Shown: one piece after another, positions 9,901-18,734 of the stretch | Position numbering within the stretch: the first letter of the stretch is position 1 | How the letters are laid out: every line of letters begins with the position of its first letter | Assembly: GCA_965223875.1 (NCBI GenBank) | Contig: OZ245024.1 | Span: 2,483,211 to 2,547,210, forward strand | Length of the DNA stretch: 64,000 nt | DNA from: Candidatus Multivoradales bacterium | GTDB taxonomy: Bacteria; Acidobacteriota; Thermoanaerobaculia; Multivoradales; JAHEKO01 | Direction: 5' to 3' | The notes under the pieces: model-generated | The model's input: the letters and a program-made list of their open reading frames with translations, nothing else | Database searches by the model: none | Told to the model about the DNA's origin: nothing | Translations under genes and position numbers: made by a program

Positions 9901-9948
9901 CGCGGCGAGGACCCGTGGTGACGACCCACGCGGAGTGAGGACTCCAGA

Positions 9949-11544
9949 GTGACCCAGGACCTCCGCCTCGACTACGTCTCTCCGCTGCCGCCGACGCGCT
10001 CGGGAATCGCCGACTACAGCCGCGACCTTCTGCCCGGGCTCGCGCCCCTGTGTGACCTTCGGGTCATCCGCCTCGAAGATCAGCCGGTCTCCGGCGAGAT
10101 CGAGCGACGCTGGTCGCCGGTTCGCGCCGACGAGCTCGGCGCCGGCGGACGATTGCCGCTCTACCAGATGGGCAACAACCGGCACCACATCGAGGTGTGG
10201 AAGCTCGCCCACCGCCTGCCCGGCGTACTGACCCTGCACGACCTGGTTCTCCACCACCTGCTCATCGAGCTCACTCTGGCCGAAGACGACTTCGACGGCT
10301 ACCTCGAGCGGCTCGAGGTCGATCACGGCTGGTGGGCCGGGCCCGTGGCCGAGGCGCGCCGGGACGTCGATCCGGGCAACGCGGGTGTCTTCGCCCTGCC
10401 GGCGAGGAGGAGCCTCCTGCGCAGCCAGCGAGGCGTCCTGGTTCACAGCCGGTGGGCCGAGCAGTCCCTGCGCGAATCGGACCCGGACGTCGAGGTTCGC
10501 GTGATCCCTATGGGTGTGCCGCTGCCCGACCCCATCGATCGGACCGCAGCCACCGAATGGCGTAGCGCCGCCGGCATACCCGACGGCGCATCTCTCATCG
10601 GCTTGTTCGGCTTCCAGACACCGATCAAGCGCACCGACCGGGCGATCGCCGCGCTCGCCACCGACCGGCTCGCCGACACGCACCTACTGGTCGGCGGCGA
10701 GGTCTCGCGCGGGCTGGACCTCGAGCGAGCGGCTGCCGAGGCCGGCGTCGCCGACCGGGTCCACTTCCTGGGCTTTCTCGACTACGACGAGTTCGAGCTC
10801 GCCATGGGCGCCTGCGATCTGTGTCTCAACCTGCGCTACCCCACCGCCGGGGAGACCTCGGCCTCGCTACTGCGCGAGCTCGCCGTCGGACGCCCGGCGG
10901 TCGTCTCCGACTACGGGCAGTTCGCCGAGCTTCCCGACGAGGTGGCGCTCAAGGTGCCGATCGGTGACGGCGAGGTCGAAGCGCTGGCGGCAAGCGCCGG
11001 TGACCTACTCGGCCAACCGGATCGTCTCGCTGCGATGTCGGAGGCCACGCGCCGCTACATCGTGCGACGACACTCACCGCGCCGGGCGGCCGCGGCCGTG
11101 GTCGAGGCCTGCCGCGAGCTCGCCGAGCTCGATCCCCCCGCACCGCGTCCTTTCCTCGCCCCACGACCGACCAGCCTGGTCTGGCGCGATCTTGCCGGCG
11201 ACCTCTCGGTCACCGGAACGGACCTTCCCTGGAGGGCCGGCGAGGCTCGCCGGCTACGCCTGCGGCTGCGCAACGACAGCTTCGCGCGCTGGCTCTCGGC
11301 CGAGAGCGATCCCGGCGGCGTGATGATCGAGATCCAGTGGCGCGGTGACGCGACGGACGAAGCCACCGAGCGCGCCTGGCTCGAGCTGCCGCGGGATCTG
11401 CCGCCGGACGACTCGATCGACCTCGAGTTTCCGGTCCGGCGGCCCCTCGCCGGGAACCGTGTTCTGGTGGTCGAGCCGCACGTCAAGAAGCGGGGCGGAT
11501 TCAACACCGTCGGCGGACCGACCTGGGCGCTGAGGCTGGAGTGA
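9949..11544 (+). CDS. GT4 (GT-B fold) glycosyltransferase with about 130-aa C-terminal beta-sandwich-like extension
   Basis: The N-terminus MTQDLRLDYVSPLPPTRSGIADYSRDL is a typical GT4 start, and the central GT4 core with a conserved E/G-rich region is present. The C-terminal LRLRLRND...IEIQWRG pattern resembles the C-terminus of the preceding protein. Confidence 0.75.
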   Translation: MTQDLRLDYVSPLPPTRSGIADYSRDLLPGLAPLCDLRVIRLEDQPVSGEIERRWSPVRADELGAGGRLPLYQMGNNRHHIEVWKLAHRLPGVLTLHDLVLHHLLIELTLAEDDFDGYLERLEVDHGWWAGPVAEARRDVDPGNAGVFALPARRSLLRSQRGVLVHSRWAEQSLRESDPDVEVRVIPMGVPLPDPIDRTAATEWRSAAGIPDGASLIGLFGFQTPIKRTDRAIAALATDRLADTHLLVGGEVSRGLDLERAAAEAGVADRVHFLGFLDYDEFELAMGACDLCLNLRYPTAGETSASLLRELAVGRPAVVSDYGQFAELPDEVALKVPIGDGEVEALAASAGDLLGQPDRLAAMSEATRRYIVRRHSPRRAAAAVVEACRELAELDPPAPRPFLAPRPTSLVWRDLAGDLSVTGTDLPWRAGEARRLRLRLRNDSFARWLSAESDPGGVMIEIQWRGDATDEATERAWLELPRDLPPDDSIDLEFPVRRPLAGNRVLVVEPHVKKRGGFNTVGGPTWALRLE

Positions 11545-11568
11545 TAGAACACGGGAGCGGAGTGACGT

Positions 11569-12762
11569 ATGGACACGCCTAGAGTCGACGACGCCGATCT
11601 GAAGACGTGGCGATCCCTATGGGAGGAGGACCGCCGGATCGGAGAATCCGGAGGGTCCGGACCGCTCGGTTTCGTCAAGCGGCTGATCCGCAAGCTGACG
11701 ACCGGTTCCCAGCAGGATCTCTGGGAGCGCCAGCGGCTCTACAACATGTTGATCCAGCACCATCTGGAGGGGCGCCGGGGCCAGCAGGAACGTCTCGGCC
11801 GCCTGATCGATCTCGACGAGCAGCGCGGCAACGAGATCGGCGGCATCTACGAAGAGCTCACCAAGCAGGACCTGCGCCTGCTGCGCCTCGAGCAGATGCA
11901 GGAGACGACGCTCGAGCGCATCGTCGACCACAACGAGACGCTCTACGCCGTTCTCGACCAGAAACTCGACGCCTACCGCCGCCAGGCGGTGGAGCTTCGC
12001 GGCCAGCTCGTCTCGCTCCTCGAGGTGGCGAAGTCCGGCGACGTCTCCGCCCTCTCGGACGCCGTCGAGGAGCAGTCCTACGTCGAGCTCGAGCGGCGCC
12101 ACCGCGGCACCGAGGACGAGATCGGTCATCGCGTCGAGCCCTACCTTCCGTTCCTACCGACCGAGGGCGTGGTCCTCGATCTGGGCTGCGGCCGGGGCGA
12201 GGCTCTGGAGCTGTTCCGCGACCACGGCCTGACCGGCCGCGGCGTCGATTCGAACGCCGAGATGGTGGCGCTGACCCGCGAGAAGGGACTCGAGGCGATC
12301 GAGGGCGACCTCTTCGAGGTGCTGCGCCAGACCGCCGAGGGAAGCCTCGCCGCCGTCGTCTCGTTCCACGTCATCGAGCACCTGCCGGCGGGCGGCATCG
12401 AGCGGCTGGTAAGACTGGCCTGGCGGGCCCTCGCTCCGGGCGGCGTCCTCGTCCTCGAAACACCCAGCCCTCTCTCCGTCGTCGTCGGCGCCCGCAACTT
12501 CTGGCTCGACCCGACCCACCAGCGCCCGGTCCACCCGGAGAGCCTCAAGCTCGCCTACGAGTACGCCGGCTTCGAGCAGGTCGAACGTATCGACCGGCAG
12601 CCCTTCCCCGAAGCCGACCGCCTGCACCAGATCCCCACCGCCGACCTCCCCGAGTCGACGCAGCCCCTGGCCCAGGAGATCAACATCCTCCGCGACCAGC
12701 TCGACGCGCTGCTGCTCGGGTTCCAGGACTTCGGGATGGTGGGGAGGAAACCGGCCGGCTGA
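11569..12762 (+). CDS. Class I SAM-dependent methyltransferase with N-terminal coiled-coil region
   Basis: The about 180-aa N-terminus is heptad-rich (QERLGRLIDLDEQRGNEIGG...LRLLRLEQMQE). Motif I VLDLGCGRGE and the downstream acidic motif are typical of class I MTases. Confidence 0.8.
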   Translation: MDTPRVDDADLKTWRSLWEEDRRIGESGGSGPLGFVKRLIRKLTTGSQQDLWERQRLYNMLIQHHLEGRRGQQERLGRLIDLDEQRGNEIGGIYEELTKQDLRLLRLEQMQETTLERIVDHNETLYAVLDQKLDAYRRQAVELRGQLVSLLEVAKSGDVSALSDAVEEQSYVELERRHRGTEDEIGHRVEPYLPFLPTEGVVLDLGCGRGEALELFRDHGLTGRGVDSNAEMVALTREKGLEAIEGDLFEVLRQTAEGSLAAVVSFHVIEHLPAGGIERLVRLAWRALAPGGVLVLETPSPLSVVVGARNFWLDPTHQRPVHPESLKLAYEYAGFEQVERIDRQPFPEADRLHQIPTADLPESTQPLAQEINILRDQLDALLLGFQDFGMVGRKPAG

Positions 12763-12784
12763 GCGAGCCGGTCGGCCGGCTCGC
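12763..12784. terminator. GC-rich hairpin between convergent genes (9-bp stem gcgagccgg/ccggctcgc, loop tcgg)
   Basis: Perfect inverted repeat read directly. It lies between the MT stop (12760-12762) and the BNR gene stop (12784-12786), so it is a likely bidirectional terminator. Confidence 0.5.
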
Positions 12785-15141
12785 TAGTCGACGTGCACCG
12801 CGTCGCTGGTGGTGCAGTTGGCGAGCTCGATCGCCTCCACCCAGCACCGATCGGCCGGCAGGGTGGTCACGGCGCTGCCGTTGCCCGCGCTGTCGGTACC
12901 GATCCAGAGAGGCGGAAGCCGGAAGGGCTCGCCGATCTCGAACTGCGTGCCGTTGCAGAGCGCACCGCCTTTGACCCAGCCACTGTTGTTCGCCGCGGCG
13001 ACGACCCCGGCCTCGGCGTTCACGGGGCCGTTCGAGATGTTGAGCGTCACCTGGCCGGGGCAGGTGCCCTCGGCCTCGAGACGGACGGAGGTGGTGTTGG
13101 TGTACACCCCTTGAGACGAGCCGGCGTGAAGCACCCTCGGACTCGTCGCGGAGACGTAGAGCGAGGAGAACGACCTCACCGCCGGCAGGCTTCCTTCATC
13201 GATGACCTCCCAGGTCGCCGCACCATCGCGGCTGACCCAGATCTTGTCGCCAGCGAGGTAGAGCGTGTCCGGAAGAAGAGGGTCGGCCACCAGGTCGCCG
13301 ATCTTCGACGTCGGCGGCGAGATCTCGTTCCAGGTATCGCCTCCGTCGGATGTTTCGAAGAGCCTGCCCATGAATAGCGTCTGGTCCTGGGCGAACAGGT
13401 AGAGCTTTAGAGGGTTCACGGCATCGATCACGATGGCGTACGGCAGGTAGTCGCCGCCGAGCAACCGCTCGTCCCAGGTCTGGCCTCCGTCCGAAGTTCG
13501 CAGTACGGCGCCGTGTCGACTCCCGACGACAGGGTACCGCCAGACACCAACCCAAATCCGGCCGGGGTTCGCTGGATCAATGACGATCCCATTCGCCAAG
13601 ACATAGCTGTACTCGCTGAGCGCCGGGCGGTAGAGCTCGGTCCACCTCGCTCCCCCATCCGTCGAGCGAAGGATCGCCGGGGCGAGCTCGGAGAGTCCAA
13701 TGTCGAAGCTCCAGTTCGCCGCAACGAGTGTGCTTCGATCGATTGGATGCACGGCGAGGTCGTACACAGCTGGTCCGATGATCCCGAAATCCTGCGGGTT
13801 CAGGATCGGACTCCTCCAGGTCAGACCCCCATCGTCAGAGCGGAGAATGTCGGCGAGGAAGAAGCCTGCCACGCTCAGGTCCGTGACTCCGTAGAACCGG
13901 TTGGGATCGGATGGAGCCGGTACGAACGGATCGACGTCGAACCTCTCGTCGACGAGTGTCCAAGTCGCGCCCTTGTCGGTGGATCGATGGATACCAGGTG
14001 CCATCGAGCTGGAAGCGACAATGGGCGCTGGTACTACGGTGGAGGACCCGACGACGGACGGGTAGGCATCAAGGCCACGAGTCTCCAGGTGCCAGTTGAA
14101 GCCGTGGTCCTCCGAACGAAGGGGTCCCCGGTCGCTACCCGCGACGATCTCGCTCGAGTCGAAAGGACTGAAGGAAAACCCGTGCACCCAGCCAAGTGTC
14201 TGGCCGGGGGTGGTCTCGACCCAGCTGTCGCCGCCGTCCTCAGAGCGGAAGATCGACGTCCGGGTACCGGCGAGCAGTACATTTGTCGACGTTTCGTCGA
14301 GGGCCAACGAAACGCTGTATTCGCCGAGCATCGTGGCCCAAGTCACGCCACGGTCGAGGCTACGGTAGAAGCCACCGGTACTGAATCCGAACAATCGCTC
14401 GGGGTCCTCCGGATCAACGAGCAACCCTCTGAAAGGCAATGCGCGACCCAGCGATACCCAGGAGGCTCCTCCATTGGCGCTCGAATAGAGGTCGCCGCTC
14501 GACACCAGGTAGAGCCTCTGCGTGTCCGAGGGATCCACCGTAATGACCGTGAGATACGGCAGAGGACTCGGCAGACCGTTGTTGATCGGAGACCACGTAG
14601 CGCCTCCATCCGTGGTCTTGAAGGCTCCGCTGTCGTCCGTCGTGAGGTACACCGTATCGGAGTCGTCGGGATCCACAGCGAATGACCGGGAGCCGCTCTG
14701 TGGAGCGACCGGCGCGATGTCCTGCCAGGTCGATCCTCCGTCAGAACTGCGATAGAGCACGATACTCGAACAGCAGACAGTGCCGTGCGCAAAGAAGGTG
14801 CCATCGCGACTCGCCGCCAGCCTCAGGCCCTCGAGCGGTAACCCGGACCGCGACGGCGCCCACGTCCGAGCACCATCAGCGCTTCGGTAGGCCCCATTGC
14901 TCGTGGGTGAGACGAGGACCACATCTTTCGTCAAGGGATCGTGCGCGACCCCCTCGATCCGACCTCCCTCAGGCAGACCCCCGGTCCATTGCCCGCTTCC
15001 GGCCAGGAGCATTCCGGAGCAGACCGAGGCCAGCACGGCCGCGATCACCGCGATCCAGTTCACGCTACGGCGCTTCGGTCGATTCAAGCGCGCCCCTCCA
15101 CCAGCAGGTTTCCGGACACCATGGTCAACGAGCGACTGCAT
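12784..15141 (-). CDS. Secreted BNR/Asp-box repeat protein (double beta-propeller, GH74/sortilin-like architecture)
   Basis: The ORF is trimmed to the internal Met MQSLVDHG, with GAGGAG upstream, followed by a TM/signal segment. At least 11 SxDxGxTW Asp-box motifs are present (SSDGGSTW, TTDGGATW, SANGGASW, SLDRGVTW, SEDGGDSW, STDKGATW, SDDGGLTW, STDGGARW, TSDGGQTW, TSDGGDTW, SRDGAATW). The C-terminal domain is Cys-containing. Confidence 0.75.
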   Translation of the reverse strand: MQSLVDHGVRKPAGGGARLNRPKRRSVNWIAVIAAVLASVCSGMLLAGSGQWTGGLPEGGRIEGVAHDPLTKDVVLVSPTSNGAYRSADGARTWAPSRSGLPLEGLRLAASRDGTFFAHGTVCCSSIVLYRSSDGGSTWQDIAPVAPQSGSRSFAVDPDDSDTVYLTTDDSGAFKTTDGGATWSPINNGLPSPLPYLTVITVDPSDTQRLYLVSSGDLYSSANGGASWVSLGRALPFRGLLVDPEDPERLFGFSTGGFYRSLDRGVTWATMLGEYSVSLALDETSTNVLLAGTRTSIFRSEDGGDSWVETTPGQTLGWVHGFSFSPFDSSEIVAGSDRGPLRSEDHGFNWHLETRGLDAYPSVVGSSTVVPAPIVASSSMAPGIHRSTDKGATWTLVDERFDVDPFVPAPSDPNRFYGVTDLSVAGFFLADILRSDDGGLTWRSPILNPQDFGIIGPAVYDLAVHPIDRSTLVAANWSFDIGLSELAPAILRSTDGGARWTELYRPALSEYSYVLANGIVIDPANPGRIWVGVWRYPVVGSRHGAVLRTSDGGQTWDERLLGGDYLPYAIVIDAVNPLKLYLFAQDQTLFMGRLFETSDGGDTWNEISPPTSKIGDLVADPLLPDTLYLAGDKIWVSRDGAATWEVIDEGSLPAVRSFSSLYVSATSPRVLHAGSSQGVYTNTTSVRLEAEGTCPGQVTLNISNGPVNAEAGVVAAANNSGWVKGGALCNGTQFEIGEPFRLPPLWIGTDSAGNGSAVTTLPADRCWVEAIELANCTTSDAVHVD

Positions 15142-15358
15142 CACGAACTCCTCTTCTCCACAGAAGGCACGGCTGGGAGCAAGCACCTGACGGGTCGTCC
15201 AAGCCCACGTTTCGCACCCGCCGCGAGGCGGTGCGTCCGGGCTCCTCGGCAGTCTCCCCAAAGACCTGTAGTGCTTGGCTAGGCCCTATTGTAGCCCCAG
15301 CGTCTCAGCCACCCTCGGACCGCGAGCGTCTCTCGGGAGCGAGGCCCCAAAACGCCGC

Positions 15359-16903
15359 CTAGGAGCCTGTCCGAGTAATCCTCGACACGAGGCGTTTGTC
15401 ATGTTGAGATCAGTGCATGGCTAAGAGGTTTCGTTCGTGGGAGATAGATCAGATCTGGCTGCTGCCGCCGTCGGTCCAGGAGTTGGTGCCGGAGGGTCAC
15501 GTGGCGCACTTCGTTCGGGAGACGGTCCGGGAGTCTCTGGACCTGTCGTCGATCCTTGGCGAGTACACCGAGGAGCGAGGGTACCCGCCCTATCACCCGG
15601 TGATGATGACGGCGTTGCTTCTGTACGCCTACACCCAGGGGGTGTACTCGTCGCGGCGCATCGCGCGGGCCTGCGACGAGCGGGTGGACTTCATGGCGGT
15701 GACCGCGATGCAGCGGCCGGACTTTCGCACCATCAGCGACTTTCGCAAGCGGCATCTGCAAGCTTTGGGGGCGCTGTTCGTCCAGGTGCTTCAGCTGTGT
15801 CGTCAGGCCGGTCTGGTCAAGCTGGGGCACGTGGCGTTGGATGGGACGAAGGTGCGGGCCAACGCCTCCAAGCACAAGGCGATGAGCTATGCGCGCATGC
15901 AGAAGGCGGAGCGGGAGCTGGCGGCCGAGGTGGCCGGTTGGTTCGAGCAGGCCGAGGCTGTCGATGCGCGAGAAGACGAGGCGTTCGGTGAGGACAAGCG
16001 CGGTGACGAGCTGCCGGATTGGGTGGCCAACAAGCAGCAACGCCTGGCCAAGATTCGCGAGGCCATGGCGGCTCTGGAAGATGAGGCCCAGCGCAAGGAT
16101 CCTCCCCCGAGCGACCCGGACAAGCCCCGCCGGGGCCGTCCGCGCAAGCATCCTCCGGGAGTGCCCAAGCCGAAGGAGCAGCGCAATTTCACCGATCCGC
16201 AGAGCCGCATCATGAGGACCCCCGATGGGTTCCAGCAGTGCTACAACGCGCAGGCGGCGGTCGATGCAGCTAGCCAGGTGATCGTGGCGCGTGGCGTGAC
16301 GCAGTCGGCCACGGACCGCCATCAGCTCCAGCCGATGGTCGAACAGATCCGGGCCCATACCGGGCAGGATCCCGGCGAGCTGTCGGCCGATTGTGACTAC
16401 TGCTCGGAAGGCAACTTGGCCGAGCTCGAGCGGTGCGGGATTCGAGGCTACGTGGCCACGGGCAAGCAGCAGCACGGCTCGCCGGCACCGGTCGGCTCGC
16501 GTCCTCGCAACGGCCCTCTGACCCAACGCATGCAACGCCGACTCAAGTGTGGTGGGTACCGCAGCCGCTACCGGCTGCGCAAGCACACGGTCGAACCGGT
16601 CTTCGGGCAGGTCAAGAGTGCCCGTGGATTCCGACAGTTCCTTCTGCGGGGCGCCGAGAAGGTCACCGAGGAATGGAGTCTCGTCTGCACCGCGCACAAC
16701 CTGCTCAAGCTGGCTCGAGCAACAGCGCCATGAGGCGCCCCGACGCGGCTTCTCTGCGCTCTTGCGCCGCCGCCGACCTCCTTGGTGGCCCCTTGAGAGC
16801 CGTTTCCGCGCCACCAGCTCGATTGGCCGCCTCTCAGCAACCCAATTCGCTCATCGTGACCAGCGTACCCGTCTCAAACCGCATTAGCCGGACAGGCTCC
16901 TAG
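15359..16903 (+). mobile_element. Insertion sequence, IS5/IS1182 superfamily, with 15-bp perfect terminal IRs
   Basis: Left end ctaggagcctgtccg (15359-15373) is the exact reverse complement of the right end cggacaggctcctag (16889-16903), with about 8 more imperfect bp inward. The palindromic CTAG tetranucleotide at both ends means the TSD/IR boundary is ambiguous. A single transposase ORF lies inside. Confidence 0.8.
15417..16733 (+). CDS. DDE transposase (IS5/IS1182 superfamily)
   Basis: 438 aa. N-terminal transposase InsH-like region (QIWLLPPSVQELVPEGHVAHFV), HVALDGTKVRANAS motif, DDE-type C-terminal region; no internal stops. Confidence 0.85.
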   Translation: MAKRFRSWEIDQIWLLPPSVQELVPEGHVAHFVRETVRESLDLSSILGEYTEERGYPPYHPVMMTALLLYAYTQGVYSSRRIARACDERVDFMAVTAMQRPDFRTISDFRKRHLQALGALFVQVLQLCRQAGLVKLGHVALDGTKVRANASKHKAMSYARMQKAERELAAEVAGWFEQAEAVDAREDEAFGEDKRGDELPDWVANKQQRLAKIREAMAALEDEAQRKDPPPSDPDKPRRGRPRKHPPGVPKPKEQRNFTDPQSRIMRTPDGFQQCYNAQAAVDAASQVIVARGVTQSATDRHQLQPMVEQIRAHTGQDPGELSADCDYCSEGNLAELERCGIRGYVATGKQQHGSPAPVGSRPRNGPLTQRMQRRLKCGGYRSRYRLRKHTVEPVFGQVKSARGFRQFLLRGAEKVTEEWSLVCTAHNLLKLARATAP

Positions 16904-18324
16904 TCCAGGTACCCGAGACTCCGGAGCGTCTCGACCTGCTCGTCGGTCAGCGGCTCGGTCTCGACGTCGTCGAAGGTCCGGCGGGGTCGGGCGGATGTGC
17001 GCCAGAACTCCTTGATCGCCTCGACGGCGGCTCGGACGGACTCGGGGCGCTCGGCGGTCAGGTCGTGGGTCTCGCCCGGGTCCTCGGCGAGATCGAACAG
17101 GGCCTGATTACGGATCCGGATGCGGTGAGCCGACCACGGCAGCATGAACGTCCGACCCGGGCGGGAGATCAACTTCTCGCTCCCCGAGACCCAGGCGAAG
17201 TCGTCGTTGCGGTTGAGCCCGTCCGAGAGCGAGAAGTCGATCTCGGCTCCGGCGAAGATGTTGCGGCCGTAGCTCCCGGCCGGGCGCTCGAGACCGGCGA
17301 AACGGGCGAGCGAGGGGAAGAGATCGACCGAACGGGTCAGTCCCGACCAACGGTCCCCCAGCGACTCGGGTCGCCGTCCCTTGGGGAACTTGATGATCAG
17401 CGGCACCTGCACGACCTCCTCCCAGAGGGCGTGGCCGTGGCCGTAGCCGCCGTGGTCGAAGAGCTCTTCACCGTGGTCCGCGGTGAAGACGAGGAGCGTG
17501 TCGTCCCAGGCGTCGAGCTCGCGCAGTCCCTCGAAGAACGGCGCGATGACCCGGCGATCGAGACCACGCATGCGCGCTTCGAAGATCAGGTTCAGGAAGC
17601 GGATGTCGTCCGGCTCGAGCTCGAGGCCCTCGTCGTTGATCAGCTCCCGGATGGCCGGTTGGGTGAAGTCGATGCCCTCGGCGATACGTGCCGACTCGTC
17701 GTACTCGAAGCCGTACTCGGTCATGTACTCGACGTCGCGCGTCGCCTCGGCGTAGGGATAGTGGCAGGCCGTGAAGTGGACATAGCCGAGGAAGGGCCGG
17801 TCGGCCTCTTCGATGCGCAGCAGCACCTCGCGCTGCAGCCCGTAGTCCATCGGCCTCATCATCTGGTAGCTGTCGAAACCCTGGTCGAAACCGAAACGCG
17901 GATCGAGATGTGGGTTCCCGGTCACCGAGAAGGTGTTGTAGCCGGCGTCCTGGAACCTCTCGGCCAGAGTCACCAGCTCGTCGGGCAGGACCGAGAACCA
18001 CTGGTGCTTCTCGCCCTCCTTGGATCCCCCCGAGACATGGTGCTGGTGCATGAACAGGCCGGTGAAGAGGCTCGCCGTCGAAGGCTTCGTCCAGCTTCCC
18101 TGGACGTAGTAGCGCTCGTAGACGACGCTGTCGGGATCGGCCGCCAGGGCGTCGACCGTCGGCGAGGTCGGCCGCTCGAACCCGTAGCAACCCAGCTTGT
18201 CGGGACGGCAGGCGTCGAAGACCGCGATGAGGATGTTGGGGCCGTCGACCGACGGCCCGCATCCCGCGAGACCGAGCGCCATCCCTGCCAGGACGAGTAC
18301 CGAGAGACGACTTGCCGAGCCCAT
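16900..18324 (-). CDS. Sulfatase-like hydrolase (alkaline-phosphatase superfamily), lipoprotein
   Basis: Trimmed to MGSASRLSVLVLAGMALGLAGCG (lipobox). The active-site region ILIAVFDACRPDKLGCYG aligns to DTLRAD of the paralog at 50924, with Cys in the nucleophile position; CRPDK is not a canonical CxPxR FGly motif. The stop codon overlaps the right IR of the IS. Confidence 0.75.
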   Translation of the reverse strand: MGSASRLSVLVLAGMALGLAGCGPSVDGPNILIAVFDACRPDKLGCYGFERPTSPTVDALAADPDSVVYERYYVQGSWTKPSTASLFTGLFMHQHHVSGGSKEGEKHQWFSVLPDELVTLAERFQDAGYNTFSVTGNPHLDPRFGFDQGFDSYQMMRPMDYGLQREVLLRIEEADRPFLGYVHFTACHYPYAEATRDVEYMTEYGFEYDESARIAEGIDFTQPAIRELINDEGLELEPDDIRFLNLIFEARMRGLDRRVIAPFFEGLRELDAWDDTLLVFTADHGEELFDHGGYGHGHALWEEVVQVPLIIKFPKGRRPESLGDRWSGLTRSVDLFPSLARFAGLERPAGSYGRNIFAGAEIDFSLSDGLNRNDDFAWVSGSEKLISRPGRTFMLPWSAHRIRIRNQALFDLAEDPGETHDLTAERPESVRAAVEAIKEFWRTSARPRRTFDDVETEPLTDEQVETLRSLGYLD

Positions 18325-18385
18325 GGCCGCCAATCGTATTACCAATGCGGCGCGCCGAGTGTGAGCGAAGCGCCGACGCCGATTC

Positions 18386-18646
18386 TCAGGCCCGGCGCAG
18401 GAAGAACACCAGCTCGTCGCCGTGACGGTACTGGGCGACGATGGCGTGCCCCGAGGTGGCACTGAAAGCGGCCATGTCGATCTCCGCCGCGGGGTCGGTG
18501 GCGACGACCCGCACCACCTCACCCGGGGCCATGCCGGCGAGCGCCTCGCGGGTCCGCAGCACCGGCAGCGGACAGAAGAGCCCGCGACAGTCGACCTCCA
18601 CGGTCGGCGCCGTCGCCAGCTCGCCCTCGAAGTCGACCCGCGTCAT
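18386..18646 (-). CDS. tusA: TusA/SirA-like sulfur-carrier protein
   Basis: MTRVDFEG...DCRGLFCPLPVLRTREAL has the CPxP active-site motif of TusA, about 85 aa. An alternative start at 18703 would add an acidic MLRSDGDGDDGDGDEGGRG N-terminus. Confidence 0.65.
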   Translation of the reverse strand: MTRVDFEGELATAPTVEVDCRGLFCPLPVLRTREALAGMAPGEVVRVVATDPAAEIDMAAFSATSGHAIVAQYRHGDELVFFLRRA

Positions 18647-18734
18647 CCCGCGTCCCCCCTCATCCCCGTCCCCGTCATCCCCGTCCCCGTCAGAACGGAG
18701 CATATACTCCGTCGCGTCTTCGCCGGAGCCGGCC

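Noticed and set aside
9525-9929. Minus-strand ORF with MPRHRMSRHRMSRHRIPRHRIP repeats
   Set aside because: It is generated by the 15-bp tandem repeat array and has no coding signal.
12763-12784. Possible attenuator or riboswitch at the MT/BNR junction
   Set aside because: It is a simple 9-bp GC hairpin between convergent stops, which is sufficient as a terminator; no further conserved structure is evident.
13513-14685. 390-aa plus-strand ORF inside the BNR gene region, and many other 60-300-aa antisense ORFs throughout (for example 4684-5748, 5988-7394, 7512-9290, 22457-23473, 36841-38598, 38538-40505)
   Set aside because: These are typical shadow ORFs of 70%-GC DNA. They lack recognisable motifs and fully overlap well-supported genes on the other strand.
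16900-18324. Canonical FGly-dependent arylsulfatase call
   Set aside because: The active-site Cys is in the context CRPDK, not C-x-P-x-R, so formylglycine maturation is not supported. It is annotated generically as sulfatase-like/AP-superfamily.
18441-18734. Long N-terminal extension of the pyruvate kinase ORF (MACPEVALKAAMSISAAG..., about 100 aa S/T/P-rich)
   Set aside because: It is antisense to the TusA-like gene, has low-complexity composition atypical for this genome's proteins, and is not part of any pyruvate kinase fold. It is treated as a non-coding read-through frame.
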